A DNA stretch of 64,000 nt from a virus. Made by a program: the position numbers and the translations under genes. The notes below the pieces were generated by a model that saw only the letters and a list, made by a program, of their open reading frames with translations, ran no database searches and had not been told where the DNA came from. Location of the stretch: positions 30,462 to 94,461 of IMG/VR virus record IMGVR_UViG_3300027763_000001, one strand, 5' to 3'. Positions 54,577-63,432 of this stretch are shown piece by piece; position 1 is the first letter of the stretch; every line of letters starts with the position of its first letter.

Positions 54577-54968
54577 GCGCCAACGCGCAACAGCACCCTT
54601 TCCGCGTCGGCCAGGTTCTCTACCGCTACCAGGACCAGGTCATTGCTTGCGACAACTGGGACCACCCTGGTTTCATCTACTCCCTGGGCGGTTGTGTCGA
54701 GGTCTACTGCATCGAGGGCCGCGTCGAGCGGTTGACCCTCAAGGGCGCCCACGTCAAGTTCCCCGACTACATCAACGATCGCTGGATTTCGGCAAGCACC
54801 CGCAAGCGTTTCGCCTATCCAACGATGGCGGAGGCCTGGGAGTCCTACCAGGCCCGCAAGCGCTGCCAGTGCGAGCACCTCAAGCGCCAGTTGCTGCGTG
54901 CCGAAGCGGCGTTCGCTCTAGAGCCGCCGGCGCCTACAGCGGCTCAGCTCACGCGGCAAATCTGCTAG
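54573..54968 (+). CDS. Conserved phage hypothetical protein
   Basis: RKRFAYPTMAEAWESYQARK motif. Confidence 0.6.
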   Translation: MSANAQQHPFRVGQVLYRYQDQVIACDNWDHPGFIYSLGGCVEVYCIEGRVERLTLKGAHVKFPDYINDRWISASTRKRFAYPTMAEAWESYQARKRCQCEHLKRQLLRAEAAFALEPPAPTAAQLTRQIC

Positions 54969-55036
54969 GCCGCTGGCGCCCGCGCTGGCTGACGCGCTGA
55001 ATCACTTCACATCTCCATCCCCATCCCCTCACTCCA

Positions 55037-55543
55037 ATGAACATTTCAATCAACCTTGGCGACATCTTCCGCGACGAAGACGGAGATCCTCTTGATGATG
55101 AAGCCACTCGGCAAGCAATTAAGCGCCAGGCGATTGATCAACTGACAAGCGAATGCTTGAAGATTCTTTTTGGCCGCTACGACGAAGAGCTTGTACTGGC
55201 AATGCGCTCTCAGCTGAACGAAGTCATGAAAACACGCATGCCGTCTTTAGTTGACGATGTCATGAACACAGAGTTTACGCCGGTCAACAAGAACGGACAG
55301 CGCTCTGAGCCGACCACTTTTAGGGCTGAGATTATTAAGACTTGTACTTCTGAGATGAGCTACAAGCCTAAGCATTATGTTCTCGATGAGAACTTTTTCA
55401 CTCAAACCATAAGAGGCGTGCTTCAGGAGCAAACAGAAGCTTTCAAGGAGGCACTCAAACAGCAAATGGACACCTTGTTCAAGAGCAATGCACTTGTCTT
55501 TGCGGTGGACGAACTTAAGAAGAGGCTTGGCTCGCCAGAGTAG
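55037..55543 (+). CDS. Hypothetical helical protein (lower GC)
   Basis: 168 aa. Confidence 0.6.
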   Translation: MNISINLGDIFRDEDGDPLDDEATRQAIKRQAIDQLTSECLKILFGRYDEELVLAMRSQLNEVMKTRMPSLVDDVMNTEFTPVNKNGQRSEPTTFRAEIIKTCTSEMSYKPKHYVLDENFFTQTIRGVLQEQTEAFKEALKQQMDTLFKSNALVFAVDELKKRLGSPE

Positions 55544-55610
55544 GTTGCCGTCCGCTTGGACTGCAAGAGCGATTTCGAGTCCTGAGTGCTTCTCTTTTTC
55601 CATTTTTTCC

Positions 55611-55892
55611 ATGCACGCCCCCATCAAAGCCTGCTCTTTCCTTTCAGCTTCCGACGTCCTGTCCTCTCACCTCACGACGCAGGGAGAGCAAGATCAGTTC
55701 TGGAAGCTCTTTCTCGACGGCTCACCTCTTCATCGCTACGGTGACGGCTTCCTGAGCCTGATACCCGCCAATAAATTTGCCGATGACTGTCAAGATCGAC
55801 TAGGTCACCGCGGAAAGACCTGGACGGACTTCCTGCAAGAGGTCCGTGCCATTGGGCGCCTCGAGGGGCTCTACGTCGACCTTGAGTCCTGA
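55611..55892 (+). CDS. Hypothetical protein
   Basis: Ends LYVDLES. Confidence 0.5.
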   Translation: MHAPIKACSFLSASDVLSSHLTTQGEQDQFWKLFLDGSPLHRYGDGFLSLIPANKFADDCQDRLGHRGKTWTDFLQEVRAIGRLEGLYVDLES

Positions 55893-55904
55893 CCACTCGC
55901 CACA

Positions 55905-56120
55905 GTGAGCCCACCCCTCGAATCAATCACCGTCTCCGGCCACGAGCTGATGTCCTTCTACCATCAGCTCCGGCTGATGACCGCCGGCGAATCCCTCGCC
56001 GAGCCCAACGCCGTCTCTCTCCTCAACGAAAGAGCAGGCGTGCGCTGCGGGAGCCACTACTGGCTTGAGGCCTTAGGCCCCGTTTATGACTCTATGACCT
56101 CTGGAGGAACTGCACCATGA
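55905..56120 (+). CDS. Hypothetical protein
   Basis: GTG start. Confidence 0.45.
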   Translation: MSPPLESITVSGHELMSFYHQLRLMTAGESLAEPNAVSLLNERAGVRCGSHYWLEALGPVYDSMTSGGTAP

Positions 56121-56548
56121 CCTTTGATCCTTACAGCATCACGCCGCCCGAGGATTTGATTGCTGAGAACACAGTCGGCGTCGGTACATGTGCTGCCGAC
56201 TGCATCTTCTTCGCCCGATGGGGCGCTGCCCAGGCTGCTAATGCGCTACAGCGTCAGTGGCCGGAGCCGATTACGGATCGGCCGCCGACTGAGAAGGATG
56301 CGGATGAATGTGGATTCGTTCAGTATCTTTTTGCGGGGAAATGGAATTTTGATTCCTGGGATAACGTTGCCAAGAACCAACAACAGGCTTGGTTCCACAC
56401 TCCCCGCTGGCGCCCGATGCGCGAGCCTACGCTGAAGGAGCGGGCGCTGGCGCTGCTGGACAGCAAGGATTTTGACACGGACTTTACCACCGAGCAGATC
56501 GCCCTGCTGCGGCAAGTTGTAGAGTCAGCCCCCGACGCAACTCCATGA
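56117..56548 (+). CDS. Hypothetical protein (ITDRPPT..DAD..G.VQ / PTLKERAL motifs)
   Basis: Paralogous to the C-terminus of 62019..62939. Confidence 0.6.
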   Translation: MTFDPYSITPPEDLIAENTVGVGTCAADCIFFARWGAAQAANALQRQWPEPITDRPPTEKDADECGFVQYLFAGKWNFDSWDNVAKNQQQAWFHTPRWRPMREPTLKERALALLDSKDFDTDFTTEQIALLRQVVESAPDATP

Positions 56549-56590
56549 GATCCCCGCTTACGACCAAATAACCCCCTACAGAAACAGCAC

Positions 56591-57811
56591 ATGACTTCCC
56601 AGTACATCCCCACCGACGGTGTTCCCATCAAGGCTTGGGTCGACGGCGTCCCTATCGAGGACCGGGCCGTGCAGCAGCTTCGCAACCTGGCCAGCCTGCC
56701 CTTCATGCACCACCACGTCGCCGCCATGCCGGATGTCCACTGGGGCATGGGCGCGACGATCGGCTCGGTGATCGCCACCAAGGGCGCCATCATTCCCGCA
56801 GCTGTCGGCGTCGACATTGGCTGCGGCATGTGCGCCCTGCGCACCAGCCTCACCGCCAGCGACCTGCCCGACGACTTGGGCCCCTTGCGCAGCGCAATCG
56901 AAGCGGCGATCCCCCACGGCCGCAGCAACGACGGCGGCCCGGGTGATGTTGGCGCCCACCGCGAGCCGCCAGCCAACGTCTGCGACGCCGTCCGCCTGTT
57001 GCAGCCCCGGCTCGACGGCATTATCGCCAAGCATCAGCCCATCAGCAAGGCGGCCGGGCGCGCCGCGATTCATGCCGGCACCCTCGGCGGCGGCAATCAC
57101 TTCGTGGAGGTCTGCATCGACGAGGACCAGCGCGTCTGGGTGATGCTCCACTCCGGCAGCCGGGGCATCGGCAATCGCATTGGCACCTACTTTATTGAAA
57201 GGGCTCGCAAGGAGATGGAGCGCCACTTCATCCAGCTGCCGGACCGCGACCTCGCCTACTTAGTTGAGGGCAGCGAGCTGTTCGACGACTACGTCGAAGC
57301 CGTTGGCTGGGCCCAAGACTTCGCCCGTCTCAACCGCGACCTAATGATGACGGCCGCTCTACGGGCTTTAGCCCAGGCCGTGCCCAAGCAGTTTGCCTGC
57401 GACTGCGAGGCGGTCAACTGCCACCACAACTACGTGAGCCGCGAGCGCCACTTCGGGGCCGACGTCATGCTTACCCGCAAGGGCGCTGTCTCTGCCAAGG
57501 AAGGCGAGCTCGGAATTATTCCCGGCAGCATGGGGGCCAAGTCCTTCATCGTCTCCGGCAAGGGCAACCGCGAGTCCTTCTGTTCCTGCTCACACGGCGC
57601 CGGCCGTCTGATGGGCCGCAAGGAGGCCAAGCGCCGCTTCACTGTGGAAGACCACGTCGCCGCCACCGCCGGCGTCGAATGCCGCAAAGACGAAGGGGTG
57701 ATCGACGAGACACCTGCCGCTTACAAGGACATCGACGCTGTCATGGCTGCCCAGGCGGACTTGGTGGAGATCCGCCACACTCTCCGTCAAGTCCTCTGTG
57801 TGAAGGGCTGA
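56591..57811 (+). CDS. rtcB: RtcB RNA 2',3'-cyclic phosphate / 5'-OH ligase
   Basis: MPDVHWG, VGVDIGCGM, GTLGGGNHFVE, LHSGSRG, HHNY, RKGA, IPGSMG, SHGAGR, DETPAAYK and C-terminal VKG are all intact. Confidence 0.96.
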   Translation: MTSQYIPTDGVPIKAWVDGVPIEDRAVQQLRNLASLPFMHHHVAAMPDVHWGMGATIGSVIATKGAIIPAAVGVDIGCGMCALRTSLTASDLPDDLGPLRSAIEAAIPHGRSNDGGPGDVGAHREPPANVCDAVRLLQPRLDGIIAKHQPISKAAGRAAIHAGTLGGGNHFVEVCIDEDQRVWVMLHSGSRGIGNRIGTYFIERARKEMERHFIQLPDRDLAYLVEGSELFDDYVEAVGWAQDFARLNRDLMMTAALRALAQAVPKQFACDCEAVNCHHNYVSRERHFGADVMLTRKGAVSAKEGELGIIPGSMGAKSFIVSGKGNRESFCSCSHGAGRLMGRKEAKRRFTVEDHVAATAGVECRKDEGVIDETPAAYKDIDAVMAAQADLVEIRHTLRQVLCVKG

Positions 57812-57943
57812 GCCGTTCTCTCGCTTCCCGGATGCCACAGCTCCACTTGAGGCATCCCCTCCGCCGCCATCCGATTGAGCGATAGCACTAACTCTCGGGC
57901 CCATTCCTCCAGCAGGGGTGGGTTCGTTTGATTCCATTCATGG

Positions 57944-58240
57944 ATGAAATTCCAGCGCCCTCCAGGCGAAGCTTCCAGCTTCACGTCCACTGCGCCGGGG
58001 CGATTGTCCACGTCCCGAACATGCACGATCAACCCTTCCCCAACCCGGAAGATCGGACCCATGGCCAGCAGCTCGGGGAGAACCACGAAGGCGGCCATCG
58101 TGATCAATGCAGTTACAACCAGGTTAGTCCAAGAGCACGGTTTCCAGCCTGCCGCAAGCTTGCTGACAGGGGGCAGCCATAGGGTCTACCTTGGCCATCC
58201 TGCCTCCCGCCGGGTTCCATGCGACAGCGCGCCGTGCTGA
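57944..58240 (+). CDS. Hypothetical protein
   Basis: 98 aa. Confidence 0.4.
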   Translation: MKFQRPPGEASSFTSTAPGRLSTSRTCTINPSPTRKIGPMASSSGRTTKAAIVINAVTTRLVQEHGFQPAASLLTGGSHRVYLGHPASRRVPCDSAPC

Positions 58241-58401
58241 TTCGTCTTGCTGACGACCAGCCTCTTGAGCCTTTTTGGAATCCCTTGATCGAACCTGTTG
58301 AACTCGAGAGGAGTAACCAGCGCCTGCTTGCCATTGCCAGTCCTTTCCGCTGGCGCTGGCTGTACGCCATCTGCCCTTCCCCACACGCACCATGCAGCTG
58401 A
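58219..58401 (+). CDS. Hypothetical protein
   Basis: 60 aa. Confidence 0.45.
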   Translation: MRQRAVLIRLADDQPLEPFWNPLIEPVELERSNQRLLAIASPFRWRWLYAICPSPHAPCS

Positions 58402-59090
58402 ACTGTGAAAGCCGCCTGTTCGCCGTCGGCGCGGACTTTGCTGGCAGCTACGCCCCCTACCAGGGGATTTATTTCTGCCCAGGCCCTCGCGGCGTCGGCG
58501 TCATCGCGTCTTCCTCCGATCGCGGGGCCCTGACCTTCGTCGGCTACGACGAATCTGGCACCATCGACGAACCGGTCGTTTTCATTCCCACCAGCGACCT
58601 AGCCGCCGCCAGTCGGGGGCTCAAGAGTGGCCCGCGCACCTTGAGCATCGACACCGAGACCGGGATCGCTGCGGTTACGACGCCACTCAAGACCAAGGCC
58701 GGCAAGACCGTCGAGATGTCCGCTCCGCCGGTGAGCACGATTGCCTTCCCGGACGTCCACGGCGTGGTCGCCCGCTTGGTCGCCCACTGGGAGGGCATGG
58801 GCCAGCAAGTGGATGCCTGCGGTCGCTACGACGCCAAGCTGTTGCTGCAGGCCCTGCGCGCCGCCGAAGGACTGGGTGACTCCGTCTCCTTGGTCGGGAT
58901 GAGCGGCGGCCCCTTGTTGATCAACATCGAAGCCGCGGTCGAGGACGAAACAGCGAAGAAGAAAACGGTCCGGATGCAAAGCACCGGGCTGCTTTTGATG
59001 CTGATGCCTCAGACAGCGCAACCCGTTCCGCCGCCGCCCGGCTGGGTGCACCGCTGGAGCTTGGACTCACTTGCGTCCGGCGAGATTTGA
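58392..59090 (+). CDS. Beta sliding clamp-like protein (two domains)
   Basis: YQGIYF...IASSSDRG...FPDVHGVV...YDAKLL...LMLMP echoes DnaN domains II-III. Confidence 0.45.
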   Translation: MQLNCESRLFAVGADFAGSYAPYQGIYFCPGPRGVGVIASSSDRGALTFVGYDESGTIDEPVVFIPTSDLAAASRGLKSGPRTLSIDTETGIAAVTTPLKTKAGKTVEMSAPPVSTIAFPDVHGVVARLVAHWEGMGQQVDACGRYDAKLLLQALRAAEGLGDSVSLVGMSGGPLLINIEAAVEDETAKKKTVRMQSTGLLLMLMPQTAQPVPPPPGWVHRWSLDSLASGEI

Positions 59091-59140
59091 GACACACGTT
59101 GCACAACGACTACACTGGCTGAGCCCTGACGCTCCCAACC

Positions 59141-59791
59141 TTGAGCACGGCCTCAGTTCTCACCAAGATCGCCTCTCGGCCCACACTAGAGGCGGTCTCC
59201 GGCAACGAGCTCGCTACCTGCGAGACACTCACGGACGACGCCCAGAAGATCCAGCTTTGGGTTGTTGCCCGGCCTGGCTCTGCCACCGCCAACAGCTTGC
59301 TTGGCCAGGAGGTTGGCAACCTTGTCATCCTGACCGGCGACATCACCCTCGATGGTGATGGCAACTTGCCGGTCATGAACCTGCGCTCCATTTGCAAGGG
59401 CTACGAGGACCAGTTCCTCAACGAGGTGTCCGTGACCGGGCGCCTGTCCGGCCAGGTTCGGGGGGCCGAACAGTCCGATTCTTCGTCCCTGGCGGTCAAC
59501 CGCCTGGAGAACGGCGAAGAGAAGGTCGACTGGTTCCGCATCCGCTGCTTTGGCGCCAACCGCGAGCGACTACTTAATGCCCCCAAAGGAGCCTTGGTCA
59601 CCGCCAGCGGCATCCTTGAGATGCGCACTTCCAAAGAGGGCACCCCCTTCGTGGAAGTCAAGGTTCGAGTCCTGCGCCTCCACGCCAGGGCCCGCGGCCA
59701 CGACGCCGCTGATGGCAAGGAAGCCGCGGGCTACTCCAACGCTGACTTCGACGGCAGCGATGCGCCGCCGATGCCGGCGAACTGGAGTTGA
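59141..59791 (+). CDS. ssb: Single-stranded DNA-binding protein with tandem OB folds
   Basis: LNEVSVTGRL...LAVNR...DWFRIRCFG...KGALVTASGIL; acidic tail; TTG start. Confidence 0.75.
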   Translation: MSTASVLTKIASRPTLEAVSGNELATCETLTDDAQKIQLWVVARPGSATANSLLGQEVGNLVILTGDITLDGDGNLPVMNLRSICKGYEDQFLNEVSVTGRLSGQVRGAEQSDSSSLAVNRLENGEEKVDWFRIRCFGANRERLLNAPKGALVTASGILEMRTSKEGTPFVEVKVRVLRLHARARGHDAADGKEAAGYSNADFDGSDAPPMPANWS

Positions 59792-59855
59792 ATTTCGCTC
59801 CATTTTCGCCACCACCGCCCAATCTCGACGCCATTCACGCTTTTTCACTCCTTCC

Positions 59856-60137
59856 ATGGAACAAAACGATTCTTTCGCTGCAGTAATCGCCGACTTCAAC
59901 GACGCGATCGCCACTTGCTCTTCTGACTACAAAGGCAGTGACAGCCCTCACTCCGGGCGCTGCTGGTCCCGCCGCGGATGGAATGGCCCAGGCCAATTCA
60001 TCCAGCTGGCTCAGCCCGACGGGATTAGCGATCCTATGACTTTTCCTTACGTCTTCATTCACACGGTTCGAGGCCATCACATTCCCTGGCTGCCTAGCCA
60101 GGGCGACATGCTGGCCACGGATTGGTACATCGTCTAA
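59856..60137 (+). CDS. DUF2829 / Thoeris anti-defence Tad2-like protein
   Basis: RRGWNGPGQFI...PYVFIHT...PWLPSQGDMLATDW. Confidence 0.8.
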   Translation: MEQNDSFAAVIADFNDAIATCSSDYKGSDSPHSGRCWSRRGWNGPGQFIQLAQPDGISDPMTFPYVFIHTVRGHHIPWLPSQGDMLATDWYIV

Positions 60138-60200
60138 TCCTGTCTCACGCTCAACTCAACCCACACACCACGCGAGTCCCCACCAAAGGACTGAATCCCC

Positions 60201-60920
60201 ATGAGCATGCTGCCACCAAACTACAAAGACGCCAAAACCTGCAAGCAAGAGATGAACTCCGGCGGCGATCCCCGCTACATCGACCCCTCTAAGCTCTCCG
60301 ACGGCGAGACGATCAACGTGCGCCCTTGCGGCACATACGCTTCCGGGCATGTAATCGGCGGCTTTGAATACTTCTCCGAGACCGCCAAGCGCACTCGCCG
60401 CTTCCCGGAGTTTCCCGAGGAGTATCTCAACGACATCGGTCTGACTTGGGAGGGCAAGAACAAAGGGACCGGCGAGAAGGACCAGCCGAAGTACTTCCTC
60501 GCCATGACAGTCCTTAGCAAGGAGAGCGGTCAGTTCTCGATTCTGTTCATTCCGCAGCTCAAGCTGCGTGAACAGATGGAGCGCACTTTTGGCATTGAGG
60601 ATTACATGTATGAGGGCGATTCCATTGCCCCTTACTACTTCTCGATCACTCGCACTGGCCTAAAAAAAGACACCGCCTACTACGCCACCCCGGCCCTCAA
60701 GCCCGCCGACCCCGATTCCATCGAGCGCTGGGAAGCGGCCCGCGACGGGATCTGGCTGCCAGCCCTCTTTGACGGCGCCGACCCGTTCGCCGGCAGGCCT
60801 GCCACGGCCAAGGGCAAGCCTCCTAAGGGCAAGGGCCAACCTCCCGAAGCGACCGACGCCCTCGGCGCCCAAGGCGTTGCTCCCACTGCAGGCGCACCCG
60901 GGGCGGCTGATAAGTGGTGA
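60201..60920 (+). CDS. Gp32-like ssDNA-binding protein
   Basis: KLSDGETINVR...YFSITRTGLKKDTAYYATP pattern of phage gp32-type OB proteins. Confidence 0.6.
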   Translation: MSMLPPNYKDAKTCKQEMNSGGDPRYIDPSKLSDGETINVRPCGTYASGHVIGGFEYFSETAKRTRRFPEFPEEYLNDIGLTWEGKNKGTGEKDQPKYFLAMTVLSKESGQFSILFIPQLKLREQMERTFGIEDYMYEGDSIAPYYFSITRTGLKKDTAYYATPALKPADPDSIERWEAARDGIWLPALFDGADPFAGRPATAKGKPPKGKGQPPEATDALGAQGVAPTAGAPGAADKW

Positions 60921-60994
60921 TGGATCGTGACTTGGCGGCAGCGGCGCGCTTCGCTGACCCCCATGCTATTCGTCAACCTTCAATTCTTCTCCCT

Positions 60995-61396
60995 ATGAAC
61001 CCTCAATTTCTTGATCAGGCCACAGCAGCACGCTCCGCTGAGGCCAGCGCTTCGGCGCTCGACCAGTTGTCCGCCTTGCAGGAGACTGCCAAAGGCGCCC
61101 TGATGTACGGGCTCAGCGGGCTGCCTGTTTCGATTACGACTACCCAGGTGATCTTCGTGCTGCCGGTCACGATCTCTGAGGAGCGCACCAAAGAGGACTA
61201 TCTCCAAGCATGTGACGAGCTGATGGCCGAAAAAGCCTTTGATTATTACAGCTTCCTTACTTACACGACTCGCGCGCGCCTTCCCTATGGAGACAGAGAC
61301 ATCGCTGATTGCTGTAACTTCCTCGACACCCCACTGGTCATCGCTGTCCGCAACCGAAGCGCTTGCTCTACTCGAGTTGGCCCAGCGGCCGGCTGA
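60995..61396 (+). CDS. Hypothetical protein
   Basis: ATG at 60995 (alternative start near 60914). Confidence 0.5.
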   Translation: MNPQFLDQATAARSAEASASALDQLSALQETAKGALMYGLSGLPVSITTTQVIFVLPVTISEERTKEDYLQACDELMAEKAFDYYSFLTYTTRARLPYGDRDIADCCNFLDTPLVIAVRNRSACSTRVGPAAG

Positions 61397-61589
61397 CGTC
61401 AAAGCGATATTCTCCCGCTGCGACGAGGAGGTGCTCCAGCACGCCTGGGCCCTCCTCGACCCCATCCAGCGGGGGGCCCTGCTTCTCACCCGCGTTTTTC
61501 GCGGGTCTTCTATCATCCTCGACAATTCCAGCTATGCCGACCCCGCAGACTTTGCCGGATCTGGTGAAGATTTTGATCAATCACCTTGA
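61287..61589 (+). CDS. Hypothetical protein
   Basis: ATG at 61287; overlaps both neighbours. Confidence 0.5.
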   Translation: METETSLIAVTSSTPHWSSLSATEALALLELAQRPADVKAIFSRCDEEVLQHAWALLDPIQRGALLLTRVFRGSSIILDNSSYADPADFAGSGEDFDQSP

Positions 61590-62022
61590 AGGCATTAGTG
61601 ATCACCTGCAGTTTCAATCCGCCAAGCTGACGGAGATTGCTGACAGCCAGCGAGAGGCGCTAGATCGCCTGAAATCCCTCGACGTCAACATTGACGGGTT
61701 CACCGATTCTGGCGCCAACTTGCGCACCTTCCAGGTCGATCAGTACACGACAGGCTTCTTGTCGCTGCTGGGGCCCTTGCTTTCGGTCAGGCTCAACAAA
61801 GAGCTGGGTAACCGCTCGATCCCTGACCTCATAAAGGCCTGCGCCCCCCTGACACGGGACGCCCTCGAAGAGATGGGGGCCTACCGCCAGGCCCAGGCAG
61901 GCAGGGACCTGCTTGCCAACACGGCCGGCACGATGGGCGACGCCCGAACAGAGCCCGCCCCCGATCCCAGCTCCGACTGGGACGACCTGGATAGACAACC
62001 CTTCACCCCGCCGAGCCAATGA
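61534..62022 (+). CDS. Hypothetical protein
   Basis: ATG at 61534; coiled-coil. Confidence 0.55.
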   Translation: MPTPQTLPDLVKILINHLEGISDHLQFQSAKLTEIADSQREALDRLKSLDVNIDGFTDSGANLRTFQVDQYTTGFLSLLGPLLSVRLNKELGNRSIPDLIKACAPLTRDALEEMGAYRQAQAGRDLLANTAGTMGDARTEPAPDPSSDWDDLDRQPFTPPSQ

Positions 62023-62939
62023 ACCCAATGAACGAGTCCCTGTTCGAAGCGGAAGCTCGCTTCCGCGCTATTACCCGCCTGGCCGCCAACGCCAATCGCC
62101 CCGACGGAGACCACCTTGCTGGCACCTGGGGAATTACTTTTGGCGAAGTACGCTCACTGGTTAAGGTACTGGATCGTCTTTTTCGTCGGTGCACCCATCC
62201 GTCAGTTTCCCCACCGAAAATCACCATCGAGACTATTGGCCAAGACACCATGAACACCGATCAAGCACTCAAACGCGGCACGGGCATCCACCAAGCCGTC
62301 GACGAAGCCATCAACAAAGCCAGAAGCGAGATCGAGCACGCTTTGGGTCTTGCGCTGAGCCTTGCGCTGGATCTCCCTAGCCAGCACTGCCTTGCGGCGA
62401 CTATCGAAAACAGTGGCAGACTCGCCTGCGTTAAGACTCCAGCCGCCACCTGGTACTACGTCGACGGACGCTGCGTTTATGGGCATGGCCCCATGGAAAC
62501 GCTCTGGACAGAGATCAAGTTCCGCCAAGGCTCCACCTCCCTTACCGCGAAAGTAAAAACCCTCAACCCGTCTGACGCTCCAGCGCTTCAGTCCGCCCCT
62601 CCGGCAGCCCCAACGCCCGACTCCGAAGAGGTCCATCGGATGCCGACAGAAGGCATTACCCACAGGCTGCCGAGGCCGGAAGATGCAGATGCCCTGGGCA
62701 CGATCCAGGTCCTGAAAGATTTTCGCTGGCTAGCCTGGAGCGTGGCTGAATTCAATGGGCATACCGAGTACCACCCCCAGCTGCCCTGGATGCACACTCC
62801 CGGCTGGAGGCCCGATCCCTCGGCGCTCAAAGACCAAGCGATCGCGAGAGTCAAGGACGGCCGGGCCTATTACGACTCCGCTGACAAAGCGTTGATCCTG
62901 GCGGCCCTTGAGGCGATGCCTGCGGGGCGGGCGGTATGA
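62019..62939 (+). CDS. Multi-module hypothetical protein
   Basis: 306 aa; C-terminal module paralogous to 56117..56548. Confidence 0.55.
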   Translation: MNPMNESLFEAEARFRAITRLAANANRPDGDHLAGTWGITFGEVRSLVKVLDRLFRRCTHPSVSPPKITIETIGQDTMNTDQALKRGTGIHQAVDEAINKARSEIEHALGLALSLALDLPSQHCLAATIENSGRLACVKTPAATWYYVDGRCVYGHGPMETLWTEIKFRQGSTSLTAKVKTLNPSDAPALQSAPPAAPTPDSEEVHRMPTEGITHRLPRPEDADALGTIQVLKDFRWLAWSVAEFNGHTEYHPQLPWMHTPGWRPDPSALKDQAIARVKDGRAYYDSADKALILAALEAMPAGRAV

Positions 62940-63187
62940 CAGCCTGGTGCGCCCCGCATAGCAGCAAGCCAAGAAGCGATCAGCAAATTATTGACGAGTG
63001 CAACGCATTGGCACGACAGTTCTACAAAATGCAAGGCTGTGAACAATCAACCGACTTCAAGTTCTACGAAGCTACCCATCCGGCCGAAGCGGGGTGCTGG
63101 AACATGGCCGTAGCGGCTTACGACCACATTGAGGGAACGGAAGTGGACGAATGTCTCAGAGAATTGGCAGAGCCTCCCAGCTGCTAA
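62936..63187 (+). CDS. Conserved phage hypothetical protein
   Basis: NALARQFY...FKFYEATHPAEAGCWNMA. Confidence 0.6.
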   Translation: MTAWCAPHSSKPRSDQQIIDECNALARQFYKMQGCEQSTDFKFYEATHPAEAGCWNMAVAAYDHIEGTEVDECLRELAEPPSC

Positions 63188-63190
63188 GGT

Positions 63191-63338
63191 AGCCAGACCT
63201 TCCGCCCCGCAAGAGGCGGGCACGAAGGTGCTTCCTTGGAGCTGTCAGCTCGGGAGGCCTGGCTGGAGATTGGGACCTTCAGCTTCAGGGGGAGACATCG
63301 TTAAACGCCCTGGGCCTTCTCCGCCTGGGGCGTTTTTT
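63191..63338 (+). ncRNA. Candidate structured RNA (three-way junction) followed by terminator
   Basis: Stems AGCCAG/CTGGCT, ACCTTC/GAAGGT around a CCGCC..GCAA..GGCGG hairpin, and CTTCC/GGGAG around GAGCT-GTC-AGCTC. Confidence 0.4.
63303..63338 (+). terminator. Intrinsic terminator
   Basis: AAACGCCCTGGGC-CTTCTCC-GCCTGGGGCGTTTTTT. Confidence 0.7.
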
Positions 63339-63432
63339 GTTGGCGCGTGCATCGCAAAGCCAGGCAGGCCTGCCCCTGAGTCTTGGCTTCGCAAGGCGCG
63401 CCTTCTACAATGGTCTCACCTGAGACCCTTTC

